63,988 bases of DNA, filler included, from Octopus bimaculoides (GCF_001194135.2; 8 parts of 7 records of this genome joined end to end with filler, not necessarily neighbours in it); one strand, 5' to 3'; shown: positions 35,555 to 49,481, counted from the first letter of the whole stretch. Translations and numbers: made by a program. The notes: generated by a model not told the origin, from the letters alone.

Positions 35555-35960
35555 GGCACAGGAGTGGCTATGTGGTAAGTAGCTTGCTTACCAACCACAT
35601 GGTTCCGGGTTCATTCCCACTGAGTGGCACCTTGGGCAAGTGTCTTCTACTATAGCCTCGGGCCGACCAAAGCCTTGTGAGTGGATTTGGTAGACGGAAA
35701 CTGAAAGAAGCCCGTCGTATATATGTGTATGTATATGTATGTGTGCGTATATGTTTGTGTGTCTGTGTTTGTTCCCCCAACATCGCTTGACAACCGATGG
35801 TGGTGTACTTACGTCCCCGTAACATAGCGGTTCAGCAAAAGAGACCGATAGAATGAGTACTAGGCGTCCAAAGAATAAGTCCTGGGGTCGATTTGCTCGA
35901 CTAAAGGCGGTGCTCCAGCATGGCCGCAGTCAAATGACTGAAACAAGCAAGTAAAGAGAG
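35555..35960 (+). mobile_element. family-A SINE, full length and young
   Basis: ggagtggctatgtggtaag..gggttcattccc..ccttgggcaagtgtctt..ggccgcagtcaaatgactgaaacaag. Confidence 0.92.
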
Positions 35961-36717
35961 AGTCTAGCCAAACTGAATCAAACAGGGTTACATACCTAGC
36001 ACAGGGCATAGACCCAGTACAGTTGATGTGGTTAATAAAGTTTGAACTAAATGCTAGGTTTGCAAAAGCCCAGCACCTTAAATATAAAGCCATTGTATAG
36101 TTTTATGCATTTTCAATTATTATTGAGTTTTATTGTTTCAATTGTTTTATAATGATTGTTATTATTGATAATATTAATTATTGATGATAATAATTATTAT
36201 TATGATAATTGCTATTATTGTGGTTTCTATGAAACATCAAATATTGATGATAAAAAAGTAGAAGTTGCTGGAGTATTAAGTTATTAACAGTGTTATGTTA
36301 ATAATGATTTCCAGAGGGATGTAAAGCAAAACAAACACTACTACCAATAATTTATCTGGAAAACATAATAAGATGAAATTAAATACTGCAAAGCATTTAG
36401 GTCTGTGCTCCATAGTCACTGCAGACCTACAAACTATTATATTCACTACAAGCTAACGTTTTTTTCCCACATGGCTTTACAATGGAGTTTCTATATGATT
36501 ATTTTGTCTGCTACAAATAACAGCCAAATCTCCACCAAATTAAAAGCTGTCATCATAAAAAACGAAACAGTACAGTGGATAATATAATACTGTTGGATAT
36601 ACAGTGTTAGAAAAAAGATGACACGTTCACAGCCTCATAGTAATAGTAGATTTGTTTATAGATCTACCTGATAGATCTGGGCTCAAGTGAGGCAATAACA
36701 AAAGAATATGTTGTTAA

Positions 36718-37018
36718 GGACTTTCGAGTGAGATCGTTGCCAGTGCCGCTGGACTGGCTCTTGTGCGGGTGGCACGTAAAATACACCATTTTGAGCATGG
36801 CCATTGCCAGTACCGCCTGACTGGCGTTCGTGCCGGTGGCACGCAAAAGCACCCACTACACTCTGAGAGCGGTTGGTGTTAGGAAGGGCATCCAGCTGTA
36901 GAAACTCTTCCAAATCAGATTGGAGCCTGGTATAGCCATCTGGTTTCACCAGTCCTCAATCAAATCGTCCTACCCACACTAGCATGGAAAGCGGATGTTA
37001 AATGATGATGATGATGAT
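36718..37018 (+). mobile_element. family-B copy
   Basis: Collinear with 33126-33438. Confidence 0.9.
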
Positions 37019-37302
37019 ATATATATATATATATATGGCAAATACAGACAGGACACAGATGTGTGTCGATAGCCAGCTGGAGGAGATGTCCTCCTGGGGC
37101 TAAAAGCAACAGTAATATCCACCCCTCGGGGTCAGCCACATTTAACTGGCAAATATACTTCACTTTATCGTGCAGTTACTGTTAATACCTCGTTCAGAGA
37201 TTTAACATTGCTTGTTTTCACTTTTTCGATATCAGTGAATAATTTCACTGGAAAAAGTTATATATATTTGCCAAGGGATGTCATTTGTATCGAAGGTCGG
37301 CG

Positions 37303-37402
37303 NNNNNNNNNNNNNNNNNNNNNNNNNNNNNNNNNNNNNNNNNNNNTTAATTAATTAANNNNNNNNNNNNNNNNNNNNNNNNNNNNNNNNNNNNNNNNNN
37401 NN
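37303..37402. other. artificial scaffold join
   Basis: 44N-TTAATTAATTAA-44N. Confidence 0.95.
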
Positions 37403-37494
<92 letters not shown>

Positions 37495-38301
37495 AAGAGA
37501 GATACAAACATAAATACATACAAACACACACATACAAACATACAAACACATACATACATACATACATGATGTATAATTTTCTTATCTATATATCTCAGTG
37601 CTTTCTTTCTGCGACGCATTCAAGCGTTTACATAGACAGATATACCCACACACTTATACTATTACAGACACATTTATACACTTATACACACGCACGCGCG
37701 TGCGCAGTTGCCCACATTTACGACCAAGCACTCAATCTCTTCACTCATTTTATATCACTTCCCCTACCAACACATTTGTATCTATCACTCCGCCCTCCTA
37801 CCGTTCGCCAACTCTCACTGCCCCGACAAATTTACCCTAAGACATCCACCCTTCTTATATAAACTCAGAATGCTATATGATATATACAAAGCATATTCCA
37901 TTATTAGTTTCGCAGAATTGATTCTGGAAGTGGTGGGGCGGGGAGACTGTCAAAAATGGACATTTTTGCTGTATATAATCAAGCGTAAGGGTCAAGAGAA
38001 TGTGTGAAAATCTGGGTTGGTGCAGGCTGGCTTTGAGGTGCGAAAACATGGGAAGATAGAAAGATGGGAAGATCGATAGAGCGGACAGGCAATATATACA
38101 TAAACGTATGTATGTATGTATGTATGGATGGATGGATGGATGGATGGATATATATATGCATATATACATACACACACACACCCATATATATATATACATA
38201 TACATACATAAACATATATCTATGATATATATATACATACACTCGCATATATATATATATATATATCTACAATTATCGACATATATGTGTATGTGCAGGT
38301 G

Positions 38302-38351
<50 letters not shown>

Positions 38352-38434
38352 NNNNNNNNNNNNNNNNNNNNNNNNNNNNNNNNNNNNNNNNNNNNNNNNN
38401 NNNNNNNNNNNNNNNNNNNNNNNNNNNNNNNNNN

Positions 38435-38488
<54 letters not shown>

Positions 38489-39419
38489 TGTGTGTGTGTG
38501 TGTGTGGTTGAATGGATGGGTGCATGCATATATGTCTCTAGAGCTCATAGTTCATGCGTTTCTATAAAAATATTTATACTAATATAGATGTGTAAACATA
38601 CCAATAGAGATACACCTACAATAACTTCGTATATTACATGTCTGTTGAGTGCATATTGAACATGTACTTATATATCAATAAGTTCTCTCATATATATATA
38701 CCTTACCTTTACAACACACACACACACACATATAACCTTATACCTACATATAAATATAAATATATCTGCATATATATATATGTATATATAAATATCTTTA
38801 TATATGCATATATATGTGTATATATATATATATATATNNNNNNNNNNNNNNNNNNNNNNNNNNNNNNNNNNNNNNNNNNNNNNNNNNNNNNNNNNNNNNN
38901 NNNNNNNNNNNNNNNNNNNNNNNNNNNNNNNNNNNNNNNNNNNNNNNNNNNNNNNNNNNNNNNNNNNNNNNNNNNNNNNNNNNNNNNNNNNNNNNNNNNN
39001 NNNNNNNNNNNNNNNNNNNNNNNNNNNNNNNNNNNNNNNNNNNNNNNNNNNNNNNNNNNNNNNNNNNNNNNNNNNNNNNNNNNNNNNNNNNNNNNNNNNN
39101 NNNNNNNNNNNNNNNNNNNNNNNNNNNNNNNNNNNNNNNNNNNNNNNNNNNNNNNNNNNNNNNNNNNNNNNNNNNNNNNNNNNNNNNNNNNNNNNNNNNN
39201 NNNNNNNNNNNNNNNNNNNNNNNNNNNNNNNNNNNNNNNNNNNNNNNNNNNNNNNNNNNNNNNNNNNNNNNNNNNNNNNNNNNNNNNNNNNNNNNNNNNN
39301 NNNNNNNNNNNNNNNNNNNNNNNNNNNNTCGTGTTGGATTTGGTGAGCGAAACCTTACTTCCGGTCTGAGACTGGTTAACGAAAGATAAAATAGAAAGTT
39401 TGGTAAATGCGATTGCCGT

Positions 39420-39838
39420 CGACGTTGAAGTGTGGTGGTTGATGGTGGTGGTGTTGGTGGTGTCGGTGGCGGTGATGGTATTGGTGGTGGTGGTGGTGGT
39501 GGTAGTGGGCGTGTTGGTTTTGGGGATAGATAGGAATCGGAATGGGGAGTAGTCGGTGAGGTTTGTGAAAAATATAGAAATGTAAGAATATTGGGGATGG
39601 CACTCAAACGGAAGTTGAGTAGGTAAAGTTCATAGATTGGATGTTGTTGTGCTTGTTGTTGTTGTTGTTGTAAGGATGATGACGACGATGATGATGATGA
39701 TGATGATGATACCACGATTATAACTACTATGATGAAGATGGGAGAGGAGGAGGAGGAGGAGGGGCAGGAGGAGCAGGAGGGGGAGGAGCAGGAGGAGGAG
39801 GACAACGACGACGACGATGATGATGATGAAGACGACGT

Positions 39839-39870
<32 letters not shown>

Positions 39871-39905
39871 ACGACGTTGATGATGATGATGACGACGTTG
39901 ATGAG
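39420..39905. repeat. mixed trinucleotide low-complexity tract: (GGT)n, (GTT)n, (GAT/GAC)n, (GAG)n
   Basis: Direct reading; explains the poly-S/P/Q and poly-E/D ORFs. Confidence 0.9.
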
Positions 39906-40630
39906 GTGTATAGACCTAGGTGTACTTCTTTGTTCGAGTAGATCTATGACTAAAATGTCTTTTGCCGTGACCCTCTCGTCTTTTCAAACACGTAGACAAG
40001 GTTGTTTTTTATAAGGAAATTCTGTTCGAAAAGTGCACTGTTTCGCTTTCAGTCCTACAACGCGGCACATTAGACCCGTGGTTCAGGTTCAAGTGAAATT
40101 TGATTGACGAAAACTGTGTGGAAGCATGCCTAGTTTAGCACTAAATTCTTTGATGTCTTGAACTGAGTACATACTGTTGTAACCTTTGACTCTAGGTTCC
40201 TAGTCTAACGATAATTTATTTCAGCAAACTGGAAGACCCCAAGGATGTCCCATGGGTCTTGTACTTCTTCTTTGTCAAAGCCTATCTTTAAAGTCATCTA
40301 TAATTTACATAATTCAACATGGCCTTCGGTGGGATTTCCCCCTTTTTTCTTTTTTCCTTATAGAAATTGCAGCACTTGTACCTCTGTTAGAATATGTTAG
40401 AATACTATAGGATTTGTGAGAGAATTGGATGTTATTTCTAGCTCGGTGGAATGACCACTTACGTTCTTAAGTCATTAGAATTCTGGCCCGGATTTTAAGG
40501 TACCAAGACGAAAGACGTAACGTGATGGTCATTGTAAGATAGTGGTAGCAGTGGTGAATGGTTGGAGATGATCATAATGTTGTGGTGGTGATAGTGGTGG
40601 CGATGATGGTGGTGATGGTACCTTAAAATC

Positions 40631-40730
40631 NNNNNNNNNNNNNNNNNNNNNNNNNNNNNNNNNNNNNNNNNNNNTTAATTAATTAANNNNNNNNNNNNNN
40701 NNNNNNNNNNNNNNNNNNNNNNNNNNNNNN
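40631..40730. other. artificial scaffold join
   Basis: 44N-TTAATTAATTAA-44N. Confidence 0.95.
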
Positions 40731-40775
<45 letters not shown>

Positions 40776-41596
40776 ATATATATATATATGTGTGTGTGTC
40801 TGTGTGTGTGCACTTACGCAAATATTTAGATATACGCAAGCATACATAAACATGTGTATATATATACATGTTTTATATGCGTTCGTGTATGTGAATATGC
40901 TTCTGAGTCTGCGTTTGTGTGTATAGATATTGGTTGTAGTGTTCCTCACAGAAAGTTTTCTGTACCCTTGTCAAATCCTTCAGATATTCATCATAAGCAA
41001 ATTGTTTTAACATGTGATTTGATAAGCATGTGGTATATTAGCATGTGATTTGTTATGATTTGCAAATTTTATTAGCATGTGTCATATAAAGCATGATTCT
41101 GATCGTGTGAAGGTGATCAGGCTATGAAAATCATTGTAGGCTGCGCTGATACGTCCATCTACAGGACTACAAGATTTAAAAGGAGACAATTGTTGAAGGC
41201 TAAATATTGTTAGGATACTTCCACCTCTATAGTTCTCTTTCTTTGTGCTCGTTGACTGGTTAGCCCAACAGAAATGTTCGTTTGAAGTGGTTTCTCTGGT
41301 TTGAGATCCGGTTGATGACATTCCAAGTTACAAGTTACAAATAAAATAAAAATATGATTATAATTTGCTGATTAATCTACTGACAAAAAGCAATACGATT
41401 TTATGTATGTTACTTCATGTGTCGTACTCAAATCTCACAATATTCGTATTAAGTTTGATTAAATGACATCAAATTAATTATATTTCTCCTATTTAAGTTA
41501 ATAAGACAATATTAATAATTTATGCACTTTCGTTTAATTAGATTATTTCATTCATTTCATCCCGGAAGGTAAGTTGCGTTTCTTAATTTATATTGG

Positions 41597-42872
41597 AACT
41601 GGTCATTAAGAATGAAATGTCCGATTTTGAACTGAAAGTTTATTTAATTCTATCTCAATATTTTAATCAAAGTATGCACCTACATTATCAACACAATTTT
41701 GCCATTTTATCGGGAGCTTATTTATGCCGAAAGCGAAGAATTCTGGAGTGCAAGAAGTGATGAAATCACGAAAGGCTGTTTTTGCATCTTCTTCAGATTT
41801 GAAGTTTTTTCTTGCAAAAAGTTGTCTAATCACTGGAAAACGTGATAGTCAGCTGGAGCATGGTCTGGTGAATATGGTAGATGACAGACCACTTCCAAGT
41901 TCATTTCCTGTACTAGCTTGAGTAGCGTGCTTTGTGCAACATGCGATCGAACATTGTCTTGCAAAGGAATTGGCTTGACTCTATTTGACCAATCACGGTT
42001 GTTTAATTGCAAGTTCACTAATCATTTCCTCCAGTTGATTGATGTATACATCCGCTGTAGTTGACTTACCAGGTCACATGAAGCTATAGTGGATGACAAT
42101 GGCGCTGGACCAACAAACAGACAATATTAGCTTTTCTTAATGAAAATTTAATTTGGATTGTGTTTTGGCACTTCGTCTCTATCCAACTACCGTACAGAAC
42201 GTCAGTTATTGTTGAAAACAATCCGTTTTTCAACACACGTAACAATACGATGCAAAAATGGTTCGTTTTTTATGCTGTGACAGCAAAGAACAGCAAATTT
42301 TCAAGACGACGTGTCATTTGGTGTTCGTTCAGTTCGTGTGCTGCCTACTTGTCAGGCTTGTTTACCTTGCCGATTTGTTTAAGATGGTCCAATACAGATG
42401 GAATCGAAACTTCAAACCTTGCTGCTAACTTACGCGTAGTTTGAGATGTATCCGTTTCCACTACAGTTTCCAGCTCATCATTATCCACCTTGGTCTCAGG
42501 TCTACTACGGGACTTATTTTCAAGAGTAAAGTTACCAAACCGGAACTTCTCAAATCATCAACGTACAGTGCGCTAATTCGGCACATCTTTACCAAACACC
42601 TTATTGGTGTTTCAAGCTGTCTGGCATGCATTGATTCCACAACGGAACTCATATTCATAAACAACACGATTTTTTTAATCTATCCATGTGTTCACAAAAA
42701 TTAATTTACAAGAGAAAACTCACAGTATAGTCAGACAATGAATTATATAAAAGTGATGATGTAATTCTTCATTGTTGAAAAACAAAGAATTGTCAGGCTA
42801 AAACATTGGCATTAACGACTGCCAAACTTGGTGCATAAGAAAATTGGACATTTCATTCTTAATGACCTGATA
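41597..42872 (-). mobile_element. full-length inactive mariner transposon (~1.28 kb)
   Basis: 28-bp TIR core ggtcattaagaatgaaatgtcc(g/a)atttt at 41601-41628 and 42840-42867, enclosing a transposase pseudogene. Confidence 0.9.
41663..42687 (-). pseudogene. mariner transposase pseudogene
   Basis: YEYEFRCG..RTVR..F.KFRFGNFTLE (HTH), AHELNE, FLHRIVTCVEK (first D replaced by V), LQDNVRSH, PYSPDHAPADYHVF, GINKLPIKWQNCVDNVGAYFD*. Several stops and frameshifts. Confidence 0.9.
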
Positions 42873-43477
42873 AAATATTTCACCCAAACATTTAGACGTA
42901 TAGGAATACATATTAACACTAGTGATGTATGTATTTGACTCTTCTTGGGGAGGTGGTGATTACATTTTTCTAAATGATTTATTTTAATATTTAATATTAA
43001 TGTGTAAATCATATTTAGAAACAAAAATGGCAAAACAAAAAAAGAATTCATAACTTATTTTGTAATTATATATATATGTACGAGGGAGTATGTGTATGGA
43101 AGAATTGCTACTACGAATGAAATGGAATAATGGTTAACGAATGCTTTTAATTCTATGGAAATCTCTATATATACAAACTCTAATGTAGTACGAAACATAA
43201 TTTGACCTCTGATTTACTTTTAGTGTTATATACATTTGAGTTATTCATATATCCGACACTAGAATAAAACAGATAGTTTAATTTATATTTTTATCATCAA
43301 AACATAAATTACATATTTACACATGTTTTATTAGATAATATTGCTATGTTGTACAGTAATTGTTACATAGACAATTGCATAGTACGCCAGAAAATAGTAA
43401 TTCACTCCATTGTTATTCACCAAATTCACTTGGTTGTCAGTGCTAAATATGAACTACGAATAAGCTTAAGAGAAGAT

Positions 43478-43522
<45 letters not shown>

Positions 43523-43531
43523 TTCTCTCTG

Positions 43532-43578
<47 letters not shown>

Positions 43579-43927
43579 ACATATTTATATAATGTTCAAC
43601 CAATTTCATACATAGTTCTTACTTCGCACGGTTGATCAAAAGTTGTTAAATAACAAGGGATAAATTTACTGCTAGAATGAAAAATGCAGACGCAGAATCC
43701 TAGAATATGCTTAAGTATTAAACCCTGAAAATGCAGAACGACCAGTATTTAAATCTTGAAAGATACAGGCTAGAAGAAAAAAATAGATATTGTTGCTGAA
43801 GTTAGTATTTAAAAACTAAAATAGTAATAATGCCCATTTGTATTTCATATTGATACTTAACAGTTTAAATTAAAAAATACACAAGAAGCTATTTATTTTC
43901 AAGTTTAATCAAAAGACTTACAAATTT

Positions 43928-44027
43928 NNNNNNNNNNNNNNNNNNNNNNNNNNNNNNNNNNNNNNNNNNNNTTAATTAATTAANNNNNNNNNNNNNNNNN
44001 NNNNNNNNNNNNNNNNNNNNNNNNNNN
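43928..44027. other. artificial scaffold join
   Basis: 44N-TTAATTAATTAA-44N. Confidence 0.95.
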
Positions 44028-46423
44028 AGGAGGAGGGGTAGGAGGAGGAGGGGTAGGAGGAGGTGGAGGAGGAGGAACATGCTATTAATACGAAAATGGT
44101 CGTTGAAGTGTTTGTGTCTATGATTAACTGTGGCGGAGCAGTTGTGGTAATTATATGTTTGTTATAAGGCGGTGGTGGTGGCGGCCTCGGCGGCAGCACT
44201 GCTGGTGGTGGTGGCGGCGGTGTAGGTTGAAGGAAGTAACATAAAAGAAATACCGGACAATTAATCGTTGTGTGTCCACCTGAGAAGACGTTCCTTCTTA
44301 AGTCCTAAAATTGCTTGATTAAGCAAATAAATAAATAATATTTTAAGATGGAATAATGTGTAATCTAAATTTGTAGAAATTAAAATAATTAGTTGGAGAA
44401 GTACCTGAAAGGGCAAAACATGTTATTTAGCTTTAGGTTAGTCCTGATTGCACGGGCCTAGGGTCAAAGATTCTCCAGCTATGGCCATCATACCTTGTTA
44501 TATAACCCAGGTCACCCTGATTCCGGAACACATAAGATGAAAGACACTCCAGATATGGTTTACACGCTTTATTGCTGTTTAGTTCTAGGATATTCCTTAG
44601 TTCCGATTTCGACCAAGGATGTTCTAGCAATTACTATTTCGTATTTTTCCTCAAGACACAATCCATCAGGAATCACAATCTCTAAAGTGTCTTTCCTTTT
44701 TATAAGTAAATAAAATATGATTAGAGGGAGATTTTTACTCTTATTTCTAGCATGTCGAACGACTACAGAAAAGACACCTTCATTTACTCGACATGTAAAG
44801 AATTGAGAAAGTAAAATTCTAGAATTCGGACATATGAATTATCAATGGTTGTTACTGAGGAACCACTTAGATAGAAATAAATTATCGATCCGCCATTGAA
44901 TACCTGTTTATGATGAATATAATCGATTTCAATTGACCCTACTTCCAGTTCTTAATTGATAGTTATTCTATTAACCCCTAATTTTAACTGATCCACCCCT
45001 GTTCTTAACTGTAGCTATGGAGAGCCCAAAATCAAAGAGAATTTAAATCCACACCATAAAATGATATAAATAAATGCCAGGCGTCTACAAAGAAACCTCT
45101 ACACTGTTGCTGAGCCTGCTGAAAGTAGTAGGTGAATCTCCCCAAACCGCAATTTATTCTCTTGAAAAGGACATGTTGCATAATGTATCCCTAGTACAAT
45201 ATGCAAAAAAAGATGGTCATGATTGTGATATCTTTAGTTGTAAGTCTTTTCCATTTGTCTGGGCATCACGTGACATGATGTCACGTGATACACAGACAAA
45301 TACCCTTACAGATTTTTGCCAATTAGCCATATTTTTCTTGCATTAAATTATGACTTCTTATTAAAAAAAAAACAATAAAAAACGTCTGTCTGCTTACAAA
45401 ATTCCCAAAGTATAAATGCCCATGAAAAACATCACATCGTTGTTTGAATAAATAGTAGTAAGTATATTTAAATAGGAAGATAGGTTGGTAAGTAAGCAAG
45501 CAAGAGAATGGAAAGCTATGTAGACAGATAGATATCTAGATGGATAGATAGATAGATGAGTAGATAAATAGATAGTAAAAGATGAGAAAGAGACAAAAGT
45601 AACAATGAGAAATACTAAATAGATATTTGTACTACATAGAATCGAATGTTTTAGCTTACTCAGCATATTGATTTCGATACAACGTCTTCCTAGCACAGTT
45701 CTCTGAATTATTAGTAAATATTGATTTCTCGGTTAGGCTCCTCGTCTAGGCTACAAAGTTATAGTTAAGAGAAACGAGACTGAGTGGTAACCATTCCGTT
45801 CTTATGAGTTTTAGTAATATAAGGAGACGTAAACCGACTCCGATCTGGAATGGAAGCTTTCTGGCATCAGTCACAGAAATTAAATATTTTGGTATTTCTT
45901 AGTGATGTGGTTTAGCACTAAGTCAACCACGACTGAACAGAACTATGATCGAAAGCATTGTAACCGTTATTATGCAATCTTTTATTGAGACACAGAGTAC
46001 ACTGGAATATAACATTCTTAAGATGAAAAGGTGTAATTTGAGGGAGATTTAGATGCCATTTGCAGCTGATCACGCGACCGTTAGTCCATATATTTTGAAG
46101 GATTCGAAAACATGAGATATTACAGCTTTTATCTCGGTTCTAATCTCAGCGTGATTAGCATCATTATGGTTGGTGTTTTGGTAAAATTGGTAGATATGGG
46201 GAACTAAATGTGTTTGTGCTGTCTGCTCCTATCAAGGTCGACTGTGATTTTCTTACATCACGGTAGCTAAAATAAGTACCAGTTGAATACTAGATCGGTG
46301 TAATTAACAATATCCATCTTCCTCTACATATGAGACATTATCTTAATATAAGAAATCAAAATGATTAACATAATGAGATATACGATTACCATTCCTTAAA
46401 TCCGTTTACTATTTACGGCGGAA

Positions 46424-47495
46424 ATACTGGTTTCAACTTTTGGCACAAGGCCAGCGAGTTCGGAAAAGGAGGATGATTGATTACATCGACCCTTGTGCTC
46501 AAATGGTACTTATTTTATCGAACCGGAAAAGATGAAAGGCAAAATCTATGTTGACAGTATTTGACCTCAGAACGTAAAGGCGGACAAACTGTCACAAAGT
46601 ATTTTACCCGACGCGGTAACGATTCTGCCAGCTCACCACCTTTTTTTTTTTTTTGTGAAGAAATATTCCTTTCTACTCTGGGCACAAAGCCTGAAATGTT
46701 GGGTGAGGGGGCCAGTCGATTAGATCGACCCCAGTGCGCAACTGGTACTTATTTAATCGACCCCGAAAGGATGAAAGGCAAAGTCGACCTCGGCGGAATT
46801 TGAACTCAGAACGTAACAGTAGACGAAATACCGCTAAGCATTTCGCCCGGCGTGCTAATATCTCTGCCAGCACGCCGCCGTTTTGCCAGGAATATTAAAA
46901 GGACGATGAGGTTGAGTGATTTAGTCTTGTATATAACGGGTAAAATTAATTTTATTGACATCTGATGCATAAAAGCCAAAGGGAAAAAAATTACTGAGAT
47001 TTAAGCTCAGAGCATATATGCACACAATTAAGTATTACAGATGTCAAGACTTCAGAGTGTCTCTAATTTCACTGATTTTCGTAATCGTAAATATTTACAG
47101 ATAACGAAGAAGGCAATCGGTTACATCTACACTAGCATATGGCTGGCATTTATTTTATTCATCCGAGAAAAATGAAAAGCAAAGTTCACGTTGGCGTGAC
47201 TTCAACTCAGTACGTAAAAGACACATAATGAAATATAACAGAACCATTTATCTGTCACTCAACCACCAATTCTGTCAAAAAATTATAATGGTTTCAGATT
47301 TTGGCACAAGGCCAGCAATTTCAGGGAAAAGAGTAAGTCGATTACTTCGAACCCTGTGCTCAACTTGTACTTATTTTGTCGACCTCGAAAGGATGAAAGG
47401 CAAAGTCGACCTCGGCGGAATTTGAACACAGAACTAGAAGGCGGAAGAAATGCTGCTGGGCATTTTGCCTGACATGCCAACGATTCCGCTCGCTC
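46424..47495 (-). mobile_element. cluster of family-D SINEs (46424-46642, 46661-46880, decayed ~46895-47280, 47287-47495)
   Basis: Repeated ggcacaa.gcc..gattacatcgacc..gatgaaaggcaaagtcgacctcggcggaatttgaac.cagaac, all on the minus strand. Confidence 0.85.
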
Positions 47496-47534
47496 TGGTT
47501 TTTCTAACGTTGATATAACGCCATGTAGATGCAT

Positions 47535-47860
47535 GTGAGCCAATAGTTAAGAAGTTTGCTTTGCAACTATGACGTCCTGAGTTTGATCCCACTGCATTGC
47601 ATCTTAGGCAGATGCCATTTTCTTCAACCTCGGGTAAACTGATATCTTTTGAATTAAATTGTGTAGACGGAAACTGTACAGAAAGCCCATCAGATGGATT
47701 GTGCCTGTAATTCAGAAGGTACAACCTTGTCACACACATTGTGCCACGCTGATTCTGCCTGAGAGCAGTTTTAAAGCGACATGTGTCTGTGAAATACTCA
47801 GCCACCTACACATTGAGGAGAAGGTTATTCAGTTGATCGATCAGTTGATGGATCCTCATA
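47535..47860 (+). mobile_element. composite SINE: family-A-like head/CORE joined to family-C-like 3' body
   Basis: 47535-47697 aligns to the family-A 5' half (gagtttgatccc, cttaggcagatg, gtagacggaaactg). 47698-47860 aligns to family C (ttgtgcctgtaattc..ccttgtcacac..gtgtctgtg..ctcagccac). Confidence 0.6.
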
Positions 47861-48391
47861 CCAAACGAAGGGGATCTACCATAATGCCATATAGGAGGAT
47901 AAGTCAATTAAATCGAACCCGGTATATAATTGCTTCGGAAGGTTGACATGCAAAATAGAATCAGGTTTAGGAGAGTTTGAACTCAGAACGTCAACAAATG
48001 CCACGAGGTTTCTCAGCTTGAGCTCTCCCAATTCTACCATCCGCCATCAACTTAAATTATTTGATGTCTCATTCAATCATACGTGTTATCAATCCTAGAT
48101 TCACTCACAGTCAAATATTGAAGAAAGAAAATAACAGGTTGTCGTATTGTTTATTTTGTTATTGCTAGTATATTGTGTTAATATTAGATTATTGAAAAAC
48201 GCCTGAGGAAAGTGAACATAAAGATTGTAGTGATCGTGCTTGATAGCATATATTGCTAAACAACTAGAAATCTTCGTATTTATTGTGGATACAGATCTCA
48301 CCTAAAGAACCCGAGACAAGATCATTTAGCGGATGTCCCTTATTTCAGACAAACCCTTGTCACTGCACATTTTATCCATTATCGTTTGTCG

Positions 48392-48897
48392 TTTACTTGT
48401 TTCAGTCTTTTGACTGAGGCCATGCTGGAGTACCGCCTTAAAGGGTTTTAATTGACCATATCGACCTCAGGGCATTTTTTAAAGCCTGGTACCTATTGTA
48501 TCGGTCTCGTTTTGTCCGAACCACCAAGTTACGAGGACATTTTAAGACCGAAACGCCTTATTGAATTTTATTCAATGATGGTTTATTTATTGCTAATCAA
48601 CAAAAAATCTGTACACTACTGTTTCTTGATTAAGTGCTTCTTTGTCTATATTTTCTTTCCTTCCTCGCTTGTTTCAGTCATCTATCTGCGTCCATGCTGG
48701 GACACTGCTTTGAGAAATTTTTAGCAGAATTAATTGATCACAGCACTTTTTTTTTTACGTCTTGTACTTGCGCTATCAGTTTCTTTTGCCGAACCGCTAA
48801 GATACGGGGACGTAAAAACTTCAACAGCGAGCGGTGGTGGAGGACAAAGACAGACAGTCAGACACACAGACATACTAATACTGTAAATATATATATA
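48392..48897 (-). mobile_element. two family-A 3' halves (48392-48545, 48668-48897)
   Basis: Both start ttgtttcagtc..ccatgctgg and contain gaacc.c.aag.tacg.ggac. Confidence 0.75.
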
Positions 48898-49239
48898 NNN
48901 NNNNNNNNNNNNNNNNNNNNNNNNNNNNNNNNNNNNNNNNNNNNNNNNNNNNNNNNNNNNNNNNNNNNNNNNNNNNNNNNNNNNNNNNNNNNNNNNNNNN
49001 NNNNNNNNNNNNNNNNNNNNNNNNNNNNNNNNNNNNNNNNNNNNNNNNNNNNNNNNNNNNNNNNNNNNNNNNNNNNNNNNNNNNNNNNNNNNNNNNNNNN
49101 NNNNNNNNNNNNNNNNNNNNNNNNNNNNNNNNNNNNNNNNNNNNNNNNNNNNNNNNNNNNNNNNNNNNNNNNNNNNNNNNNNTGTATGTATGTATGTATG
49201 TATGTATATGTATGCATGTATGTATGTATGTATATATAA

Positions 49240-49402
49240 GGCATATGCGTGGGTGTGTTGCAAGAAGCTTGCTTCCCAACCACATGGTTTCGGGTTCAGT
49301 CTCACTGCGTGGCACCTTGGGCAAGTGTCTTCTGCTATGGCCTAGGGCCGACCAAACCCTTGCAAGTGGATTTGGTAGAAGGAAACTGAAAGAATACCAT
49401 CA
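49240..49402 (+). mobile_element. family-A 5' half
   Basis: gggttcagtctcactgcgtggcaccttgggcaagtgtcttc..ggaaactgaaag. Confidence 0.85.
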
Positions 49403-49426
49403 TATATATATATATATTTATATATG

Positions 49427-49481
<55 letters not shown>

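Noticed and set aside
39376-40014. Poly-H/Q/P/S and acidic E/D-rich ORFs
   Set aside because: Pure trinucleotide low-complexity sequence with no splice context or unique domain.
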